Origin: a virus
Lineage: Duplodnaviria; Caudoviricetes
DNA length: 57,208 nt
IMG/VR virus record: IMGVR_UViG_3300045996_001423
Coordinates: 1-57,208 of that record
Reading direction: 5' to 3' (one strand)
Both the position numbers and the translations under genes were made by a program. Below the pieces are notes generated by a model. It did no database searches. It was not told the DNA's origin and worked only from the letters and a program-made list of their open reading frames with translations. Positions 18,931-28,427 of this stretch are shown here, in pieces (position 1 is the first letter of the stretch; every line of letters starts with the position of its first letter).

Positions 18931-19317
18931 ATGCTTGACACCTCATGTGTAGTGGAGCAGCGTGTTTTAGATGTAATTCGCTACGGCTGTGCTGTTCGAA
19001 TGAGCGAGGAGTGCGGTTTCAACCTCCACAAGTTCGATGTCGCTTATGAAGTCGATCATCTAACCCGAAACATTGTGTTTGCCTTTAACGCTTTTATAGC
19101 GGGGGAAAAGCTTAGGACGATCACCTACCCCACAACGTGGTGGGACGCAGTAAAGGAGCGGTGGTTCCCGGAGTGGGCACTGAAGAAGTGGCCGGTTAAC
19201 CGTACCTGCTTCCAGATTGACGCTCTGTACCCGGAGATGGCTATTCCAGATCAGGGGCGCATCAGAGTATACCGGTGCATCGACCCACTGAAAGGATTAA
19301 CAGATGCGAACAGATGA
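18931..19317 (+). CDS. hypothetical protein
   Basis: GGAG SD; YPTTWWDAVKERWFP motif. Confidence 0.6.
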   Translation: MLDTSCVVEQRVLDVIRYGCAVRMSEECGFNLHKFDVAYEVDHLTRNIVFAFNAFIAGEKLRTITYPTTWWDAVKERWFPEWALKKWPVNRTCFQIDALYPEMAIPDQGRIRVYRCIDPLKGLTDANR

Positions 19318-19450
19318 ATACGACATAATTATTCGGGAGAACAACACTTTCGACGTGAGGCACTACAGTGCCACAGAAAACCCCCTGTTCTTGTCACTTG
19401 CTTCGTTCGCTGTTGTTGCCGCACTTCAGAGATTTAGAAATGAGCTTTAG
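19304..19450 (+). CDS. small hypothetical protein (48 aa), not in ORF track
   Basis: AAGGA SD; fills the gap. Confidence 0.4.
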   Translation: MRTDEYDIIIRENNTFDVRHYSATENPLFLSLASFAVVAALQRFRNEL

Positions 19451-19703
19451 ATTTAGGGACAGGTTTGACGACGATTTCCCCACTGGGAAGGTAGTACGGC
19501 GTCGTCCTCAAGCCGGTGACATCGTCCGCGACGGAGCCAGTCAAGAGTATGAAGTGCAGGACGCCGGAATGAAAATAGTCCATGCCCGCCCGGTGGGTGG
19601 CGGGGCATTGACGACGCTGTTCATCAAAGACCTGACGATAGTCCCCAAGGCCGAGCCGGTTGACGAGATTCAAGACGATCCGTACGAGGAGTTTAACTCG
19701 TGA
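19440..19703 (+). CDS. hypothetical protein (SH3/KOW-like)
   Basis: PQAGDIVRDG..YEV pattern; GTGA overlap with the glycosyltransferase. Confidence 0.5.
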   Translation: MSFRFRDRFDDDFPTGKVVRRRPQAGDIVRDGASQEYEVQDAGMKIVHARPVGGGALTTLFIKDLTIVPKAEPVDEIQDDPYEEFNS

Positions 19704-20353
19704 AATTCACAATCCTGATGCCGACCTTCAACCGACCGCAGTTCCTACCCAAAGCGGTGCAGGCGATCCTCGATCAGGACTACGACAACTGGGAACTGCT
19801 TATTCAAGACGGAGGTTCTCAACACGCCGCTCTGCCGAGTGACCCGAGAGTCAAGCACTTCATCGAGCCAGACACTGGCATCACGAACGCCCTGAACAAG
19901 GGTGTGGACAAGACTCTCGGTGTGCGGGGGGTGTCTGATCACGTGTACAACTGGTCTAATGACGACGACTTGATGGCACCGGGAACGCTTCGGTGGGTGT
20001 CAGAAAACATGGATGACGCAATGTGGTTGTACGGGAATATCAAGATGCAGGGACAGGGCCGTAGCTTTGTCTACGGCTGGCCGTGGGACTGGGAGAAGCA
20101 CAAGGTATCGAACCTCGTCCCACAACCTTCAGCGTTCTGGAACTCTACTGCTTTTCGGGTCGTTGGTTGGTTCGATGAAAGCTGCGACCTGACCAGCGAC
20201 TTTGAGTTCTGGTGTCGGTTAGGAAGTGCCTGGACGCCGAAGTACACCGACCGCATCATGGCCTATTACACTCTGCACCCTGACCAGATCACTCAAACCC
20301 GCAGACCCGAGCAGATAGCGCAACACAACGCCACCGTGGAGAAGTACAAGTGA
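19700..20353 (+). CDS. GT2 family glycosyltransferase
   Basis: ILMPTFNR, QDYDNWELLIQDGGS, ALNKG, NDDD, DFEFWCRL. Confidence 0.9.
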   Translation: MKFTILMPTFNRPQFLPKAVQAILDQDYDNWELLIQDGGSQHAALPSDPRVKHFIEPDTGITNALNKGVDKTLGVRGVSDHVYNWSNDDDLMAPGTLRWVSENMDDAMWLYGNIKMQGQGRSFVYGWPWDWEKHKVSNLVPQPSAFWNSTAFRVVGWFDESCDLTSDFEFWCRLGSAWTPKYTDRIMAYYTLHPDQITQTRRPEQIAQHNATVEKYK

Positions 20354-21234
20354 AAAAGAAAAACAACCACGTACTCATTACAGGCAACGCTGGGTTTATT
20401 GGCCGTCACTTCGAGGCTTACCACAAAGCACAGGGCGACGTTGTGGTTGGACTGGATATCAAGAATGGCAAGGATTGCCGCGACTACTTCCGCATTGTCA
20501 AGGCGAAGTTTGACCTCGTCATACATTGTGCGGCCATTGTCGGGGGCAGGGAGACAATCGAGAACGAGCCGTTGGCTGTAGCCACGGACCTGTCCATCGA
20601 CGCAGAGATGTTCAACTGGGCAGTAAAGACTGGACAACCGCGTGTGGTGTACTTCTCGTCGTCTGCGGCGTACCCAATTGTGTACCAGAAATACATCCCG
20701 GTTATGCACGACTGGAGACTCCATGAAGGTGACATTGAACTCGACTGTATTCAGAACCCGGACATGACATACGGCTGGGCGAAACTGACCGGAGAGTATC
20801 TCGCTCAGTTTGCACGGCAGAAGGGTGTTGCAGTGCACGTGTTCCGCCCGTTCAGTGGATACGGCGAAGACCAGGATCTGTGCTACCCCTTCCCCGCTCT
20901 GGCGAAAAAGGTCAAGGAGAACCCAGAGTCTGTAGAAGTGTGGGGAAACGGAACACAAGTTCGCGACTTTATTCACGTAGACGACATCGTCGGGGCTGTG
21001 AGTACAGCGGTGAAGTTGGGAATTGAAGGGCCGGTCAACCTGTGCAGCGGCGTCGGTACGTCGTTCAACTGGCTCGCTGCGACGATGGGGGCGAAGAACA
21101 TCGTCCACCGAACGGACAAGCCGGTGGGCGTGATGTACCGTGTTGGCGACAACAAGAAGTTGTCAGCATTCTATACACCAAAGGTTAGTTTGGAAGAGGG
21201 AATTGGGAGGATGATGAATGTCGTACGACCGTAA
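20350..21234 (+). CDS. NAD-dependent NDP-sugar epimerase/dehydratase
   Basis: ITGNAGFIG, SSSAAY, YGWAK (YxxxK), VWGNGTQVRDFIHVDD. Confidence 0.92.
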   Translation: MKKKNNHVLITGNAGFIGRHFEAYHKAQGDVVVGLDIKNGKDCRDYFRIVKAKFDLVIHCAAIVGGRETIENEPLAVATDLSIDAEMFNWAVKTGQPRVVYFSSSAAYPIVYQKYIPVMHDWRLHEGDIELDCIQNPDMTYGWAKLTGEYLAQFARQKGVAVHVFRPFSGYGEDQDLCYPFPALAKKVKENPESVEVWGNGTQVRDFIHVDDIVGAVSTAVKLGIEGPVNLCSGVGTSFNWLAATMGAKNIVHRTDKPVGVMYRVGDNKKLSAFYTPKVSLEEGIGRMMNVVRP

Positions 21235-21463
21235 AGAAGACAGGGACCAAAACGACGACCAGCCGCTGTTCGAGGAAGTGTTTCCGAAACCGGACATATC
21301 TCCAGCACCGCTGGAAGTAGTTGCACCTCGCGCAAGCGCGGCACAGAAGAAGGCGGCGTTGAACGCTGTGGTGGAGGCACTTAAAGATCTCGACGTAGAC
21401 GCACAGTGTGCAGTTATACGGTCTGCCATCCACCTGCTGGACCTGAGGGAGGACATTGTTTAA
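21218..21463 (+). CDS. hypothetical protein
   Basis: GGGAGG SD. Confidence 0.55.
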   Translation: MSYDRKEDRDQNDDQPLFEEVFPKPDISPAPLEVVAPRASAAQKKAALNAVVEALKDLDVDAQCAVIRSAIHLLDLREDIV

Positions 21464-21639
21464 TGTTTGGACCGAGCAAAGACGAACTACAAAGAGAAAT
21501 AAGCGACCTAAAAAGTAGGCTCGCTTGGCACGACGACTGGATTCGTGAACTCCAAAACAAGTTATGGGCGTTGGAGGGCCACTTAGGTATTCATTCTGTT
21601 ACGCGTCCTAAAACACTGGAGTACAGACCAAACAAATGA
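21463..21639 (+). CDS. small coiled-coil protein
   Basis: GGAGG SD, TAATG junction. Confidence 0.5.
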   Translation: MFGPSKDELQREISDLKSRLAWHDDWIRELQNKLWALEGHLGIHSVTRPKTLEYRPNK

Positions 21640-21752
21640 ACTTGCAGAAACCAAAGAATAAGAACTACTGCGCAATTGTTGTAGCGCTCGATAAATTTGT
21701 TGAACTACCCAGGAGTTGTAGACATCGAGACTACAGAGTCTGAGGAAGCAGC

Positions 21753-21959
21753 ATGAACCAATACATCAAAGAGTCGATTGAAGAACTACAAATCATTCGT
21801 GAGGAGTTGGTGACTATAGCCGCCGCCATGATAGCCATCGCCCCCAAGGACTTCGCGTCCGGCGCCGTCAGGAACACCCTTAAAACGCAGATCGAGCGGC
21901 GTGTACTACAAGTCGATGGCGTGATCGACCATCTCAAAAATGCACAGGAGAACGCATGA
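21753..21959 (+). CDS. hypothetical protein
   Basis: GAGGA SD. Confidence 0.55.
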   Translation: MNQYIKESIEELQIIREELVTIAAAMIAIAPKDFASGAVRNTLKTQIERRVLQVDGVIDHLKNAQENA

Positions 21960-22249
21960 ACGAAACTACAGTATCAATAATTGGTGACCGCAACAATACG
22001 GATATCCTTCCGGAACTACTGACCTGTATTGGTCATGTGTTCTTCAGCAGACTTCTGAACGACACAGAAGACGTTCTGTTCATGGTTACCAACCACGATT
22101 ACGACTGCTACGGGAACGAGACGGAAGGCCACATGATTGTGGCGCTGTTCCCTCAGGAGTACTCGGGGGGAACGTATACGCGAGATGATCTCGACCCGCA
22201 GTACTACCGCCCCGTTTCACACCTTGCTTACAAAGTGACGGAGGAGTAA
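21956..22249 (+). CDS. hypothetical protein
   Basis: AGGAG SD, ATGA overlap. Confidence 0.55.
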   Translation: MNETTVSIIGDRNNTDILPELLTCIGHVFFSRLLNDTEDVLFMVTNHDYDCYGNETEGHMIVALFPQEYSGGTYTRDDLDPQYYRPVSHLAYKVTEE

Positions 22250-22253
22250 GAGG

Positions 22254-22526
22254 GTGCCGATACTGGAATATCAATGCGACGAATGTGGCGAAGTGTTCGA
22301 GAGATTCTTCACCACAATTACAGAAGGGACGAAACACCCTGATATGCCATGCCCGAAAGACGGGTGTGGGATAGGTAAGAAAATCATCTCCCAAACACTC
22401 ACCCCGATCTTCTACGGAGAAGGCTGGAGTTGCGGCAACATTTCCAAGCGTCACTCATACAAGGCAATCTCCAAAAACCACGGCAACGAAACGATGGGTA
22501 GCCGTGCCCCAGCCAACCTGCCCTAA
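22254..22526 (+). CDS. FmdB-family zinc-ribbon protein
   Basis: MPILEYQCDECGEVFE...CPKDGCG...IFYGEGW. Confidence 0.8.
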   Translation: MPILEYQCDECGEVFERFFTTITEGTKHPDMPCPKDGCGIGKKIISQTLTPIFYGEGWSCGNISKRHSYKAISKNHGNETMGSRAPANLP

Positions 22527-23539
22527 TGCTCTATCAACCAACAGCGCCACACTTTAGCAGACCGCTCGCCTCCACCCTGACCGGGGAGGCGAAGCTCCAT
22601 GTCTGTACGATGATCAGCAACCCGGTCAGATACAGCGCCCGCTACAAACTCTACGAGAACTTCGTCGCTCAGAACGACGGCCCACACGTTGACTTCTGGC
22701 TGGTGGAAGTGGCGTTCGGGAACAGGCCGTTCGTCCTCACCGAGAGGGACAACCCTCACCACCTCCAGCTTCGTACCCGTGACGAGATCTGGCACAAAGA
22801 GAACGCCCTGAACCTATTGTTCGCTCACGTTCTCAGCGAAGTGCCCGACGCCGAGTACCTGGCGTGGGTAGACGCGGACCTTACCTTCGTGCGAAGCGAC
22901 TGGGCGTACGAAACTCTGCAACAACTGCAGCACTACGACGTGGTTCAGATGTTCAGCCACGCACAGGATGTCGGCCCCAAGTACGAACCCCTTGACAAGC
23001 AATTCCAGGGGTTTGTGTGGTCGTACTACAACAGCCCGAACTTTGACACTACGCCCACGAGGTTCGGCTACACAGTGGACGGGCATCCAGGCTACGCATG
23101 GGCGGCGCGTAAGACAGCGCTCGACACCATGGGAGGGTTGCTGGACTTCGCCATATGCGGCGGGGCTGACCGGCACATGGCCTGTGCGTTGTTAGGTACC
23201 GTAGACCATTCCGGACCTGACCGCCGCATGGACATAGGCAAGGTATCGCCTGAGTTCAAACAGCACCTTCACCTGTGGCAGGAGAACGCCCTGCTGCTCA
23301 ACAAGAACATCGGCTACGTAGACGGCCTGATCAACCACCACTGGCATGGTCGCAAGACGGACAGGCAATACGGTAGCCGCTGGAAGATCTACACCAACAA
23401 TCAATACGACCCGACGACAGACTTGAAGCGAGACGCTCAAGGACTGTACCAACTTCGTGGCAACAAAGTTCAACTTCGGGATGATCTGCGTAGTTATTTG
23501 AGGGCAAGAAATGAAGACAGTCTGGAGGTAGTTAAATAA
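22526..23539 (+). CDS. putative GT-A fold glycosyltransferase
   Basis: WHKENALN, YLAWVDAD (DxD), GYAWAAR, GGAD, HHWHG. Confidence 0.65.
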   Translation: MLYQPTAPHFSRPLASTLTGEAKLHVCTMISNPVRYSARYKLYENFVAQNDGPHVDFWLVEVAFGNRPFVLTERDNPHHLQLRTRDEIWHKENALNLLFAHVLSEVPDAEYLAWVDADLTFVRSDWAYETLQQLQHYDVVQMFSHAQDVGPKYEPLDKQFQGFVWSYYNSPNFDTTPTRFGYTVDGHPGYAWAARKTALDTMGGLLDFAICGGADRHMACALLGTVDHSGPDRRMDIGKVSPEFKQHLHLWQENALLLNKNIGYVDGLINHHWHGRKTDRQYGSRWKIYTNNQYDPTTDLKRDAQGLYQLRGNKVQLRDDLRSYLRARNEDSLEVVK

Positions 23540-23599
23540 TGCAAGACGAACCAATCATTCTTTTACCGCCGTTCTTTTACGGATTCTAGGGAGAACTAC

Positions 23600-24103
23600 T
23601 TGACACATTATGTAGCAGGGTTCTTATTCAACAACGGGGGCTACTCAGTAGTCCTCGTTCGGAAGTCGAAACCGGAGTGGCAGAAGGGAAAGCTTAACGC
23701 TGTAGGCGGGAAGATCGACTCGTGGCGACATGACGGAAACTGCGCTATCCGCACAATTGCTAATGACATTGACACACCAAATTTCAACCCATGCGACTGT
23801 GGTGGAGAAACGCCAGCACAAGCCATGCGCCGTGAGTTCAAGGAAGAGGCGGGGGTAGACGTAGAGACGTGGAAGGAGTTCTGTGTGCTGTCCGGTGATG
23901 GTTTTGTAGTGCACTTCTTCTCTGCGTTCGACACCGCCGCTTACAACGCCGCACACTCTGCAGAGGAAGAGCAAATCATCAAGACCTACGTGGACAAGTT
24001 GGGGGCGGCGTGTCTGCCAAATGTCAAGTGGCTTATTCCTATGGCGCTGTCTATGAAGGACGACCGGGCAGAAAGGTTTGAAGTGAAAGAGGTGTACGCG
24101 TGA
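23600..24103 (+). CDS. Nudix hydrolase with an insertion
   Basis: KGKLNAVGGKI...GETPAQAMRREFKEEAG. Confidence 0.85.
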   Translation: MTHYVAGFLFNNGGYSVVLVRKSKPEWQKGKLNAVGGKIDSWRHDGNCAIRTIANDIDTPNFNPCDCGGETPAQAMRREFKEEAGVDVETWKEFCVLSGDGFVVHFFSAFDTAAYNAAHSAEEEQIIKTYVDKLGAACLPNVKWLIPMALSMKDDRAERFEVKEVYA

Positions 24104-24345
24104 AGAAGTGGTTGAAAGCCGACGAATACGGATTAGAGCAAAGATACGTTGACGAGAGAGGCAAACAGCAAGGTTTAGTATTGACGCTGAGCATAAACAA
24201 TCTATACTCTGCGTGGAAGAACAACATAACCCATCTCGGGCATTTCGAAACTTTAGAAAAGGCGAAGGCAGCGGTGGAATACCGAGCCAACACTCCGTGG
24301 TGGCGACGTATGAGAGACAGGGTGTGGGGTAAGAAAGGTGAGTAA
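24100..24345 (+). CDS. hypothetical protein
   Basis: GAGGT SD; HLGHFETLEKAKAA (AP2-like). Confidence 0.55.
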   Translation: MKKWLKADEYGLEQRYVDERGKQQGLVLTLSINNLYSAWKNNITHLGHFETLEKAKAAVEYRANTPWWRRMRDRVWGKKGE

Positions 24346-24426
24346 AGACTTGCGGTTTGGCATGTGGGTAGCGGTGGCTGCGTGGTTATTCTTTGCTGGG
24401 GTGTACGTATATCAGGAGGTGACGAG

Positions 24427-24720
24427 GTGAAAGAAAAGGTAGTGATAACTCTGGTGTACATTCTGTGCTGCGTCGTTGCCTTCGGAGCACTCAACGCTGA
24501 CGCATGCGCGTTTCTAAACACGCTTGAAATAAAGTACCCCACCGTTCGGAGTACCGAAGCAGAGTGGAATGAGAGTGTAAGGGAAGGGCAGTTTGTGTCT
24601 GGGTTCATATCCTCTCTTGGCCCCATTGGACTGGTAATCTCGTTCCTCGGTACCTACGGGTTCATGCACGGCTTCTCCTACGAAAAGTGCCAGTGCCAAG
24701 TGGAGTTCGCTGAGAAATGA
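24427..24720 (+). CDS. membrane protein
   Basis: AGGAGGT SD; two hydrophobic segments. Confidence 0.55.
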   Translation: MKEKVVITLVYILCCVVAFGALNADACAFLNTLEIKYPTVRSTEAEWNESVREGQFVSGFISSLGPIGLVISFLGTYGFMHGFSYEKCQCQVEFAEK

Positions 24721-24992
24721 GTCAGATGTCGCTATTTCAGGAAGAAGAGGTGATGGACATTGTTGCCTCTCTAATCGACGCCATGGGCCACTCCGGTGTT
24801 CTAGACGAAATGCAAAGCCGCTTCTACGCCCACGGTCGGTGCTTGTCTCTACTTGAGAAGTTAAGAAGTCACCCACTGTTTCGGGCGGCGGAACAGAGAA
24901 GGCGCAACAAGTTCTGGGCTAACGCGGAAAAGGCGGCGAAGAGGGTAGAGGAGTGGCCGGACTGGAAGAAGGGAACGAAGAAGAGTAGATGA
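24717..24992 (+). CDS. hypothetical protein
   Basis: ATGA overlaps on both sides. Confidence 0.5.
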   Translation: MSQMSLFQEEEVMDIVASLIDAMGHSGVLDEMQSRFYAHGRCLSLLEKLRSHPLFRAAEQRRRNKFWANAEKAAKRVEEWPDWKKGTKKSR

Positions 24993-25453
24993 GCGACAAC
25001 AAACAATACTACATATATCTGTGCGGCCCGATCACAGGCCTGTCCTACGAGGAATGCGTGGCGTACTACACGGCTGTTGGGGAACTGCTGCCATCGTGGT
25101 TAACTCCGATCAGCCCGATGAGAGGGAAGGGCTACCTAAAAGGCGAGGCAAACCTGACAGACAACTACAACGGAACCACCCTCAGTACAGGTCAGGCAAT
25201 TGTTGCCAGAGACTTCAACGACGTACGCCGCGCAGATGTCATCTTAGCAAACTTTATTGGGGCAAAGAGAGTTTCCATAGGCAGCGTCTTTGAGCTTGCA
25301 TGGGCTTACGAGATGCAGAAACCTGTTGTGCTCGCTATGGAGGATGGTAACGTACACGACCACGCCTTTGTACGCCAGGCCTGCGCCTTCCGAACCAAAA
25401 GCCTGGAAGAGGCTGTTGACGTAGCGAAACACGTTGTGAGTACAGGGCTGTGA
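24989..25453 (+). CDS. nucleoside 2-deoxyribosyltransferase-like protein
   Basis: IYLCGPI, RDFNDVRRADVIL, SIGSVFELAWA, KPVV. Confidence 0.85.
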   Translation: MSDNKQYYIYLCGPITGLSYEECVAYYTAVGELLPSWLTPISPMRGKGYLKGEANLTDNYNGTTLSTGQAIVARDFNDVRRADVILANFIGAKRVSIGSVFELAWAYEMQKPVVLAMEDGNVHDHAFVRQACAFRTKSLEEAVDVAKHVVSTGL

Positions 25454-27375
25454 GTAAAGAAGTTAAGGCAGAACTGCTGCTCGCCTCCCACAATTCTTGG
25501 ACGGGAGACACACTCTATAGCTGGAAGCTGACCTTCCCGAGGATAATACTTTCGGAAATTAACACGCATCGGATGGCTTGCCTTTCTGGAGACACTGAAC
25601 TGTTTTTCGACCATCCAAGTGGGCAGACTGGTTCAGGGTATCGACGGCTGTACACTATAACCGCCAAGAACTTTTACGAGAAATGGCACAACGGGTCAGC
25701 GCCCAGAAGAAACAAGCCACGCGGTGGGAAGTACAACATTGACAACGTTGACCCTAACCGCGAATACACGGCGAAAGAGCTGTCAGCAACTACTGGTGCC
25801 CGAAGAGAGAACCTAAACACGCTGGTGAAACAAGGGAAGCTCAAAGGTGAGCAAAGAGACTTCTCAGCTCGCAGAAGATTCGGCATAACCTACATCAAAG
25901 GCGTTGACTTCATAGAATACGTCACTGATCAAGTAGGTGTGAACAAACAGAGTGCTCGCGGTCGTCTGTCTCGAATGAGAATAAGACAGCTAAATGAGCA
26001 GACAACGGAGTACCAGAACAGCACGGTCAAGGATTGCTTTTACTCTGGAAAAAAGGAATGCTTTCTGGTGATGACAGACGCAGGGTCTTCTATTAAGGCA
26101 TCCGGCGACCATAGAGTGCTAACGGATTCTGGATGGAAAAGTATTTCGGAGCTAGTTCCTTTTACAGACAAACTAGCTGGGCGTTTTTGTTCCGAGGAAC
26201 CTCCTAGAAAGCAACCTAGAAAGGTCAACGGCGTTTGGAAATGCCAATGGAACCGGGGCGTGAAACCCGGTCTCCTAAAAGCTCAGGACGGAAAGTGCTA
26301 TTTCTGCCCTACTCCAGTGAACGAGGCGGACCATGTGCACCATAAGAAACCTGTCTGGACTCACCCCGATTTGATGTGTGATATTAGTAACTGTTGCGTC
26401 GTATGTCCCCCGTGCCATAAAGACCAGCACAAAGTTCAAGGCTGGCAAAAAGGTGTTCCACTACGAGTTCGCTGGGAAACCGTAACAGGTGTCATCAGTG
26501 CTGGGTTTGAGGACACGTACGACTTTGAAATATCCGGGGAATTCCCAAACTTTGTAGCGAACGGTCTTGTGGTACACAACAGCCGTAACACCTCGTCCAG
26601 CCGCGCCATACCGGGCAGGAAACTTCGCAAAGCTGTGCTGAACGATCCGTTTATTCCTTCACACATTGGTGAGTTGCAATCCGGTATGCAGGCGGGGGAT
26701 GAACTGTCAGGCTGGAAACGGTGGGCGGCGAAGAAACTGTGGTCTATGCCACGCTATGTTTGTGCGGCGTCGGCGTGGGGAATGGAGAAGCTGGGAGTTC
26801 ACAAGCAGGTATCAAACCGGCTAATAGAGCCGTGGATGTGGTGCGAGCAGATTTTCTCTGCCACTGAGGTGGAGAACTTCTTCTGGCTGCGTGATCACCG
26901 TATGGCCGAGCCACACTTTGCCTCCCTTGCCAATCAGATGCACGAGCAGGCCGACAAGGTAAAGTGGTTGGTAAATGCGAGAGGGCACGGGGAGTACTGG
27001 CGGCAGGAATTTGGGTGGAACGGAGGTGTGGTACAGAACCTCCTACCGGGCTACTGGCATCTCCCGTTCATTGACGACGAAGACGGTAACGAAACTGAAA
27101 CACTGAAGAAGGTGTCGGCGGCGAGATGCGCAAGGGTGAGCTACTTGCTCCCGGAGAACGGAAAGAAGTCTACAATCGAACGGGATGTTGAATTATTCAA
27201 CAGGCTGGCGGTGAGAGAAGAAGGAAACAACGACCCGAGGCATTTAAGTCCTCTTGAGCACGTAGCTTTGGCCGTTCACTATAAAGGATTTATTGGGAAT
27301 TTCAAGGGGTTCAAGCAGTTCCGAAAGGAAGTGCCGAACGAGGCTGGACCTAGTACTGCGGTTCTAGACCGTTAA
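25450..27375 (+). CDS. thyX: FAD-dependent thymidylate synthase (ThyX/Thy1) containing an intein
   Basis: PRIILSEINTHRMA|SRNTSSSRAIP after splicing; HKQVSNRLIEPW, NFFWLR, SAARCARVSY, HLSPLEH. Confidence 0.88.
   Translation: MSKEVKAELLLASHNSWTGDTLYSWKLTFPRIILSEINTHRMACLSGDTELFFDHPSGQTGSGYRRLYTITAKNFYEKWHNGSAPRRNKPRGGKYNIDNVDPNREYTAKELSATTGARRENLNTLVKQGKLKGEQRDFSARRRFGITYIKGVDFIEYVTDQVGVNKQSARGRLSRMRIRQLNEQTTEYQNSTVKDCFYSGKKECFLVMTDAGSSIKASGDHRVLTDSGWKSISELVPFTDKLAGRFCSEEPPRKQPRKVNGVWKCQWNRGVKPGLLKAQDGKCYFCPTPVNEADHVHHKKPVWTHPDLMCDISNCCVVCPPCHKDQHKVQGWQKGVPLRVRWETVTGVISAGFEDTYDFEISGEFPNFVANGLVVHNSRNTSSSRAIPGRKLRKAVLNDPFIPSHIGELQSGMQAGDELSGWKRWAAKKLWSMPRYVCAASAWGMEKLGVHKQVSNRLIEPWMWCEQIFSATEVENFFWLRDHRMAEPHFASLANQMHEQADKVKWLVNARGHGEYWRQEFGWNGGVVQNLLPGYWHLPFIDDEDGNETETLKKVSAARCARVSYLLPENGKKSTIERDVELFNRLAVREEGNNDPRHLSPLEHVALAVHYKGFIGNFKGFKQFRKEVPNEAGPSTAVLDR
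25579..26580 (+). mobile_element. intein (334 aa) with an HNH endonuclease
   Basis: Starts CLSGDT; block B SIKASGDHRVL; ends TYDFEI...NFVANGLVVHN/S; HNH CYFC..DHVHH..N.C.VCPPCH. Confidence 0.92.
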
Positions 27376-27422
27376 TAGGTCTATACAACAAGAGCCTGAG
27401 AATGTTAAAGTTGAGGGACTGA

Positions 27423-27629
27423 ATGACCCTTGACACAGTGATTAAGTGGTTAAGAGAACAACGCGAAGAACTGGACAAAACCATCAAGGCGCTTGAGCAC
27501 TACAAAGGCGTCGAGCAGGACACTCGGGAGAAGGTTAAGGATCTTTTAACTTCTCCCAGATCCGACACAAGAAGTGCCTCCATGAAGCGGGCATGGGAGC
27601 GTCGGCGGTTGGACCCCGACAAGGGTTAG
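27423..27629 (+). CDS. hypothetical coiled-coil protein
   Basis: GAGGG SD; last gene of the + arm. Confidence 0.55.
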   Translation: MTLDTVIKWLREQREELDKTIKALEHYKGVEQDTREKVKDLLTSPRSDTRSASMKRAWERRRLDPDKG

Positions 27630-27988
27630 CCGTTCCACCTCGCCCGCTTTTTCCTCACGTCCACGTGGACGAACCCATTCCTCTTGTAGAACCCCACCCC
27701 GTTAAACCTTCCAAAGTTCTCGACAAGATCTCTTAGCTCTTCGACAGATGCTCCGGGTATGCGGATGTCCGCCGCCATACCCTTAGTATGGAAGCTTTCC
27801 TTTACCCCTCCCACAGCCTTGTTGTGCTTTGAGCAGCGACAACCAGACAGGATTACGACCGGCCTGTCCACGTAATCGCGGAACCATTGCATTGTAATGA
27901 TGAGGGCGGGGTTCACCTCATCGAACCCACACCCACACTTGCAAGCAAATTCTTTTCTATTGAAGTTCTTGCTAAGGTCTCCCATCAC
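27626..27988 (-). CDS. peptidase M15A, probable endolysin
   Basis: EFACKCGCG, ILSGCRC..HN..VGG...SFH.KG.AADI, FVHVDVR. Confidence 0.88.
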   Translation of the reverse strand: MMGDLSKNFNRKEFACKCGCGFDEVNPALIITMQWFRDYVDRPVVILSGCRCSKHNKAVGGVKESFHTKGMAADIRIPGASVEELRDLVENFGRFNGVGFYKRNGFVHVDVRKKRARWNG

Positions 27989-28230
27989 ATCCTCTTCATA
28001 AACGCGACCATGGTGACGTGGACGCCTTGCCTCAACAGGTCTCCCTGCCTCTCTATGTGGAACTCTCCGTCCCTTTCAAAGCCACGGCTACGAGCTTCTT
28101 CCAGCCATGTGGCTTTTAGGTCCGACGCTATGTCCTGAGGGGACTTCTCTACCTGGACCTTGTCTTCGAGGAAGAGGCGAAGCTCTCCCATGAGCAGCCC
28201 CTTCCTACCTTTCTGTACTGTGAACATCAT
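27985..28230 (-). CDS. hypothetical protein
   Basis: ATGA overlap with the upstream gene (start MMFTVQ). Confidence 0.5.
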   Translation of the reverse strand: MMFTVQKGRKGLLMGELRLFLEDKVQVEKSPQDIASDLKATWLEEARSRGFERDGEFHIERQGDLLRQGVHVTMVAFMKRM

Positions 28231-28427
28231 TTGTGTTGATCGAGTAAACTCTTTGCTGTCGTGAAGTCTTTCGGAAGTTGGGCTATTGGGAGGAGCGGGC
28301 TGGTAACTTGCCACGAGTCTTTGCAGCCTCGACAGCACAGCCGCCACTCACCTGTCTTTGGTCTCATTACAAGTACAATTGATCCGCCACAATCGGTGTG
28401 CTCCTGTTCGTAGTAGGCGTCAGTCAT
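28227..28427 (-). CDS. Zn-ribbon hypothetical protein
   Basis: HTDCGG...CRGC; AGGTG SD. Confidence 0.5.
   Translation of the reverse strand: MTDAYYEQEHTDCGGSIVLVMRPKTGEWRLCCRGCKDSWQVTSPLLPIAQLPKDFTTAKSLLDQHK

Noticed and set aside
23539-23589. 16-codon ORF with a TTCTTTTAC direct repeat before the Nudix gene
   Set aside because: Too short, with no supporting structure.
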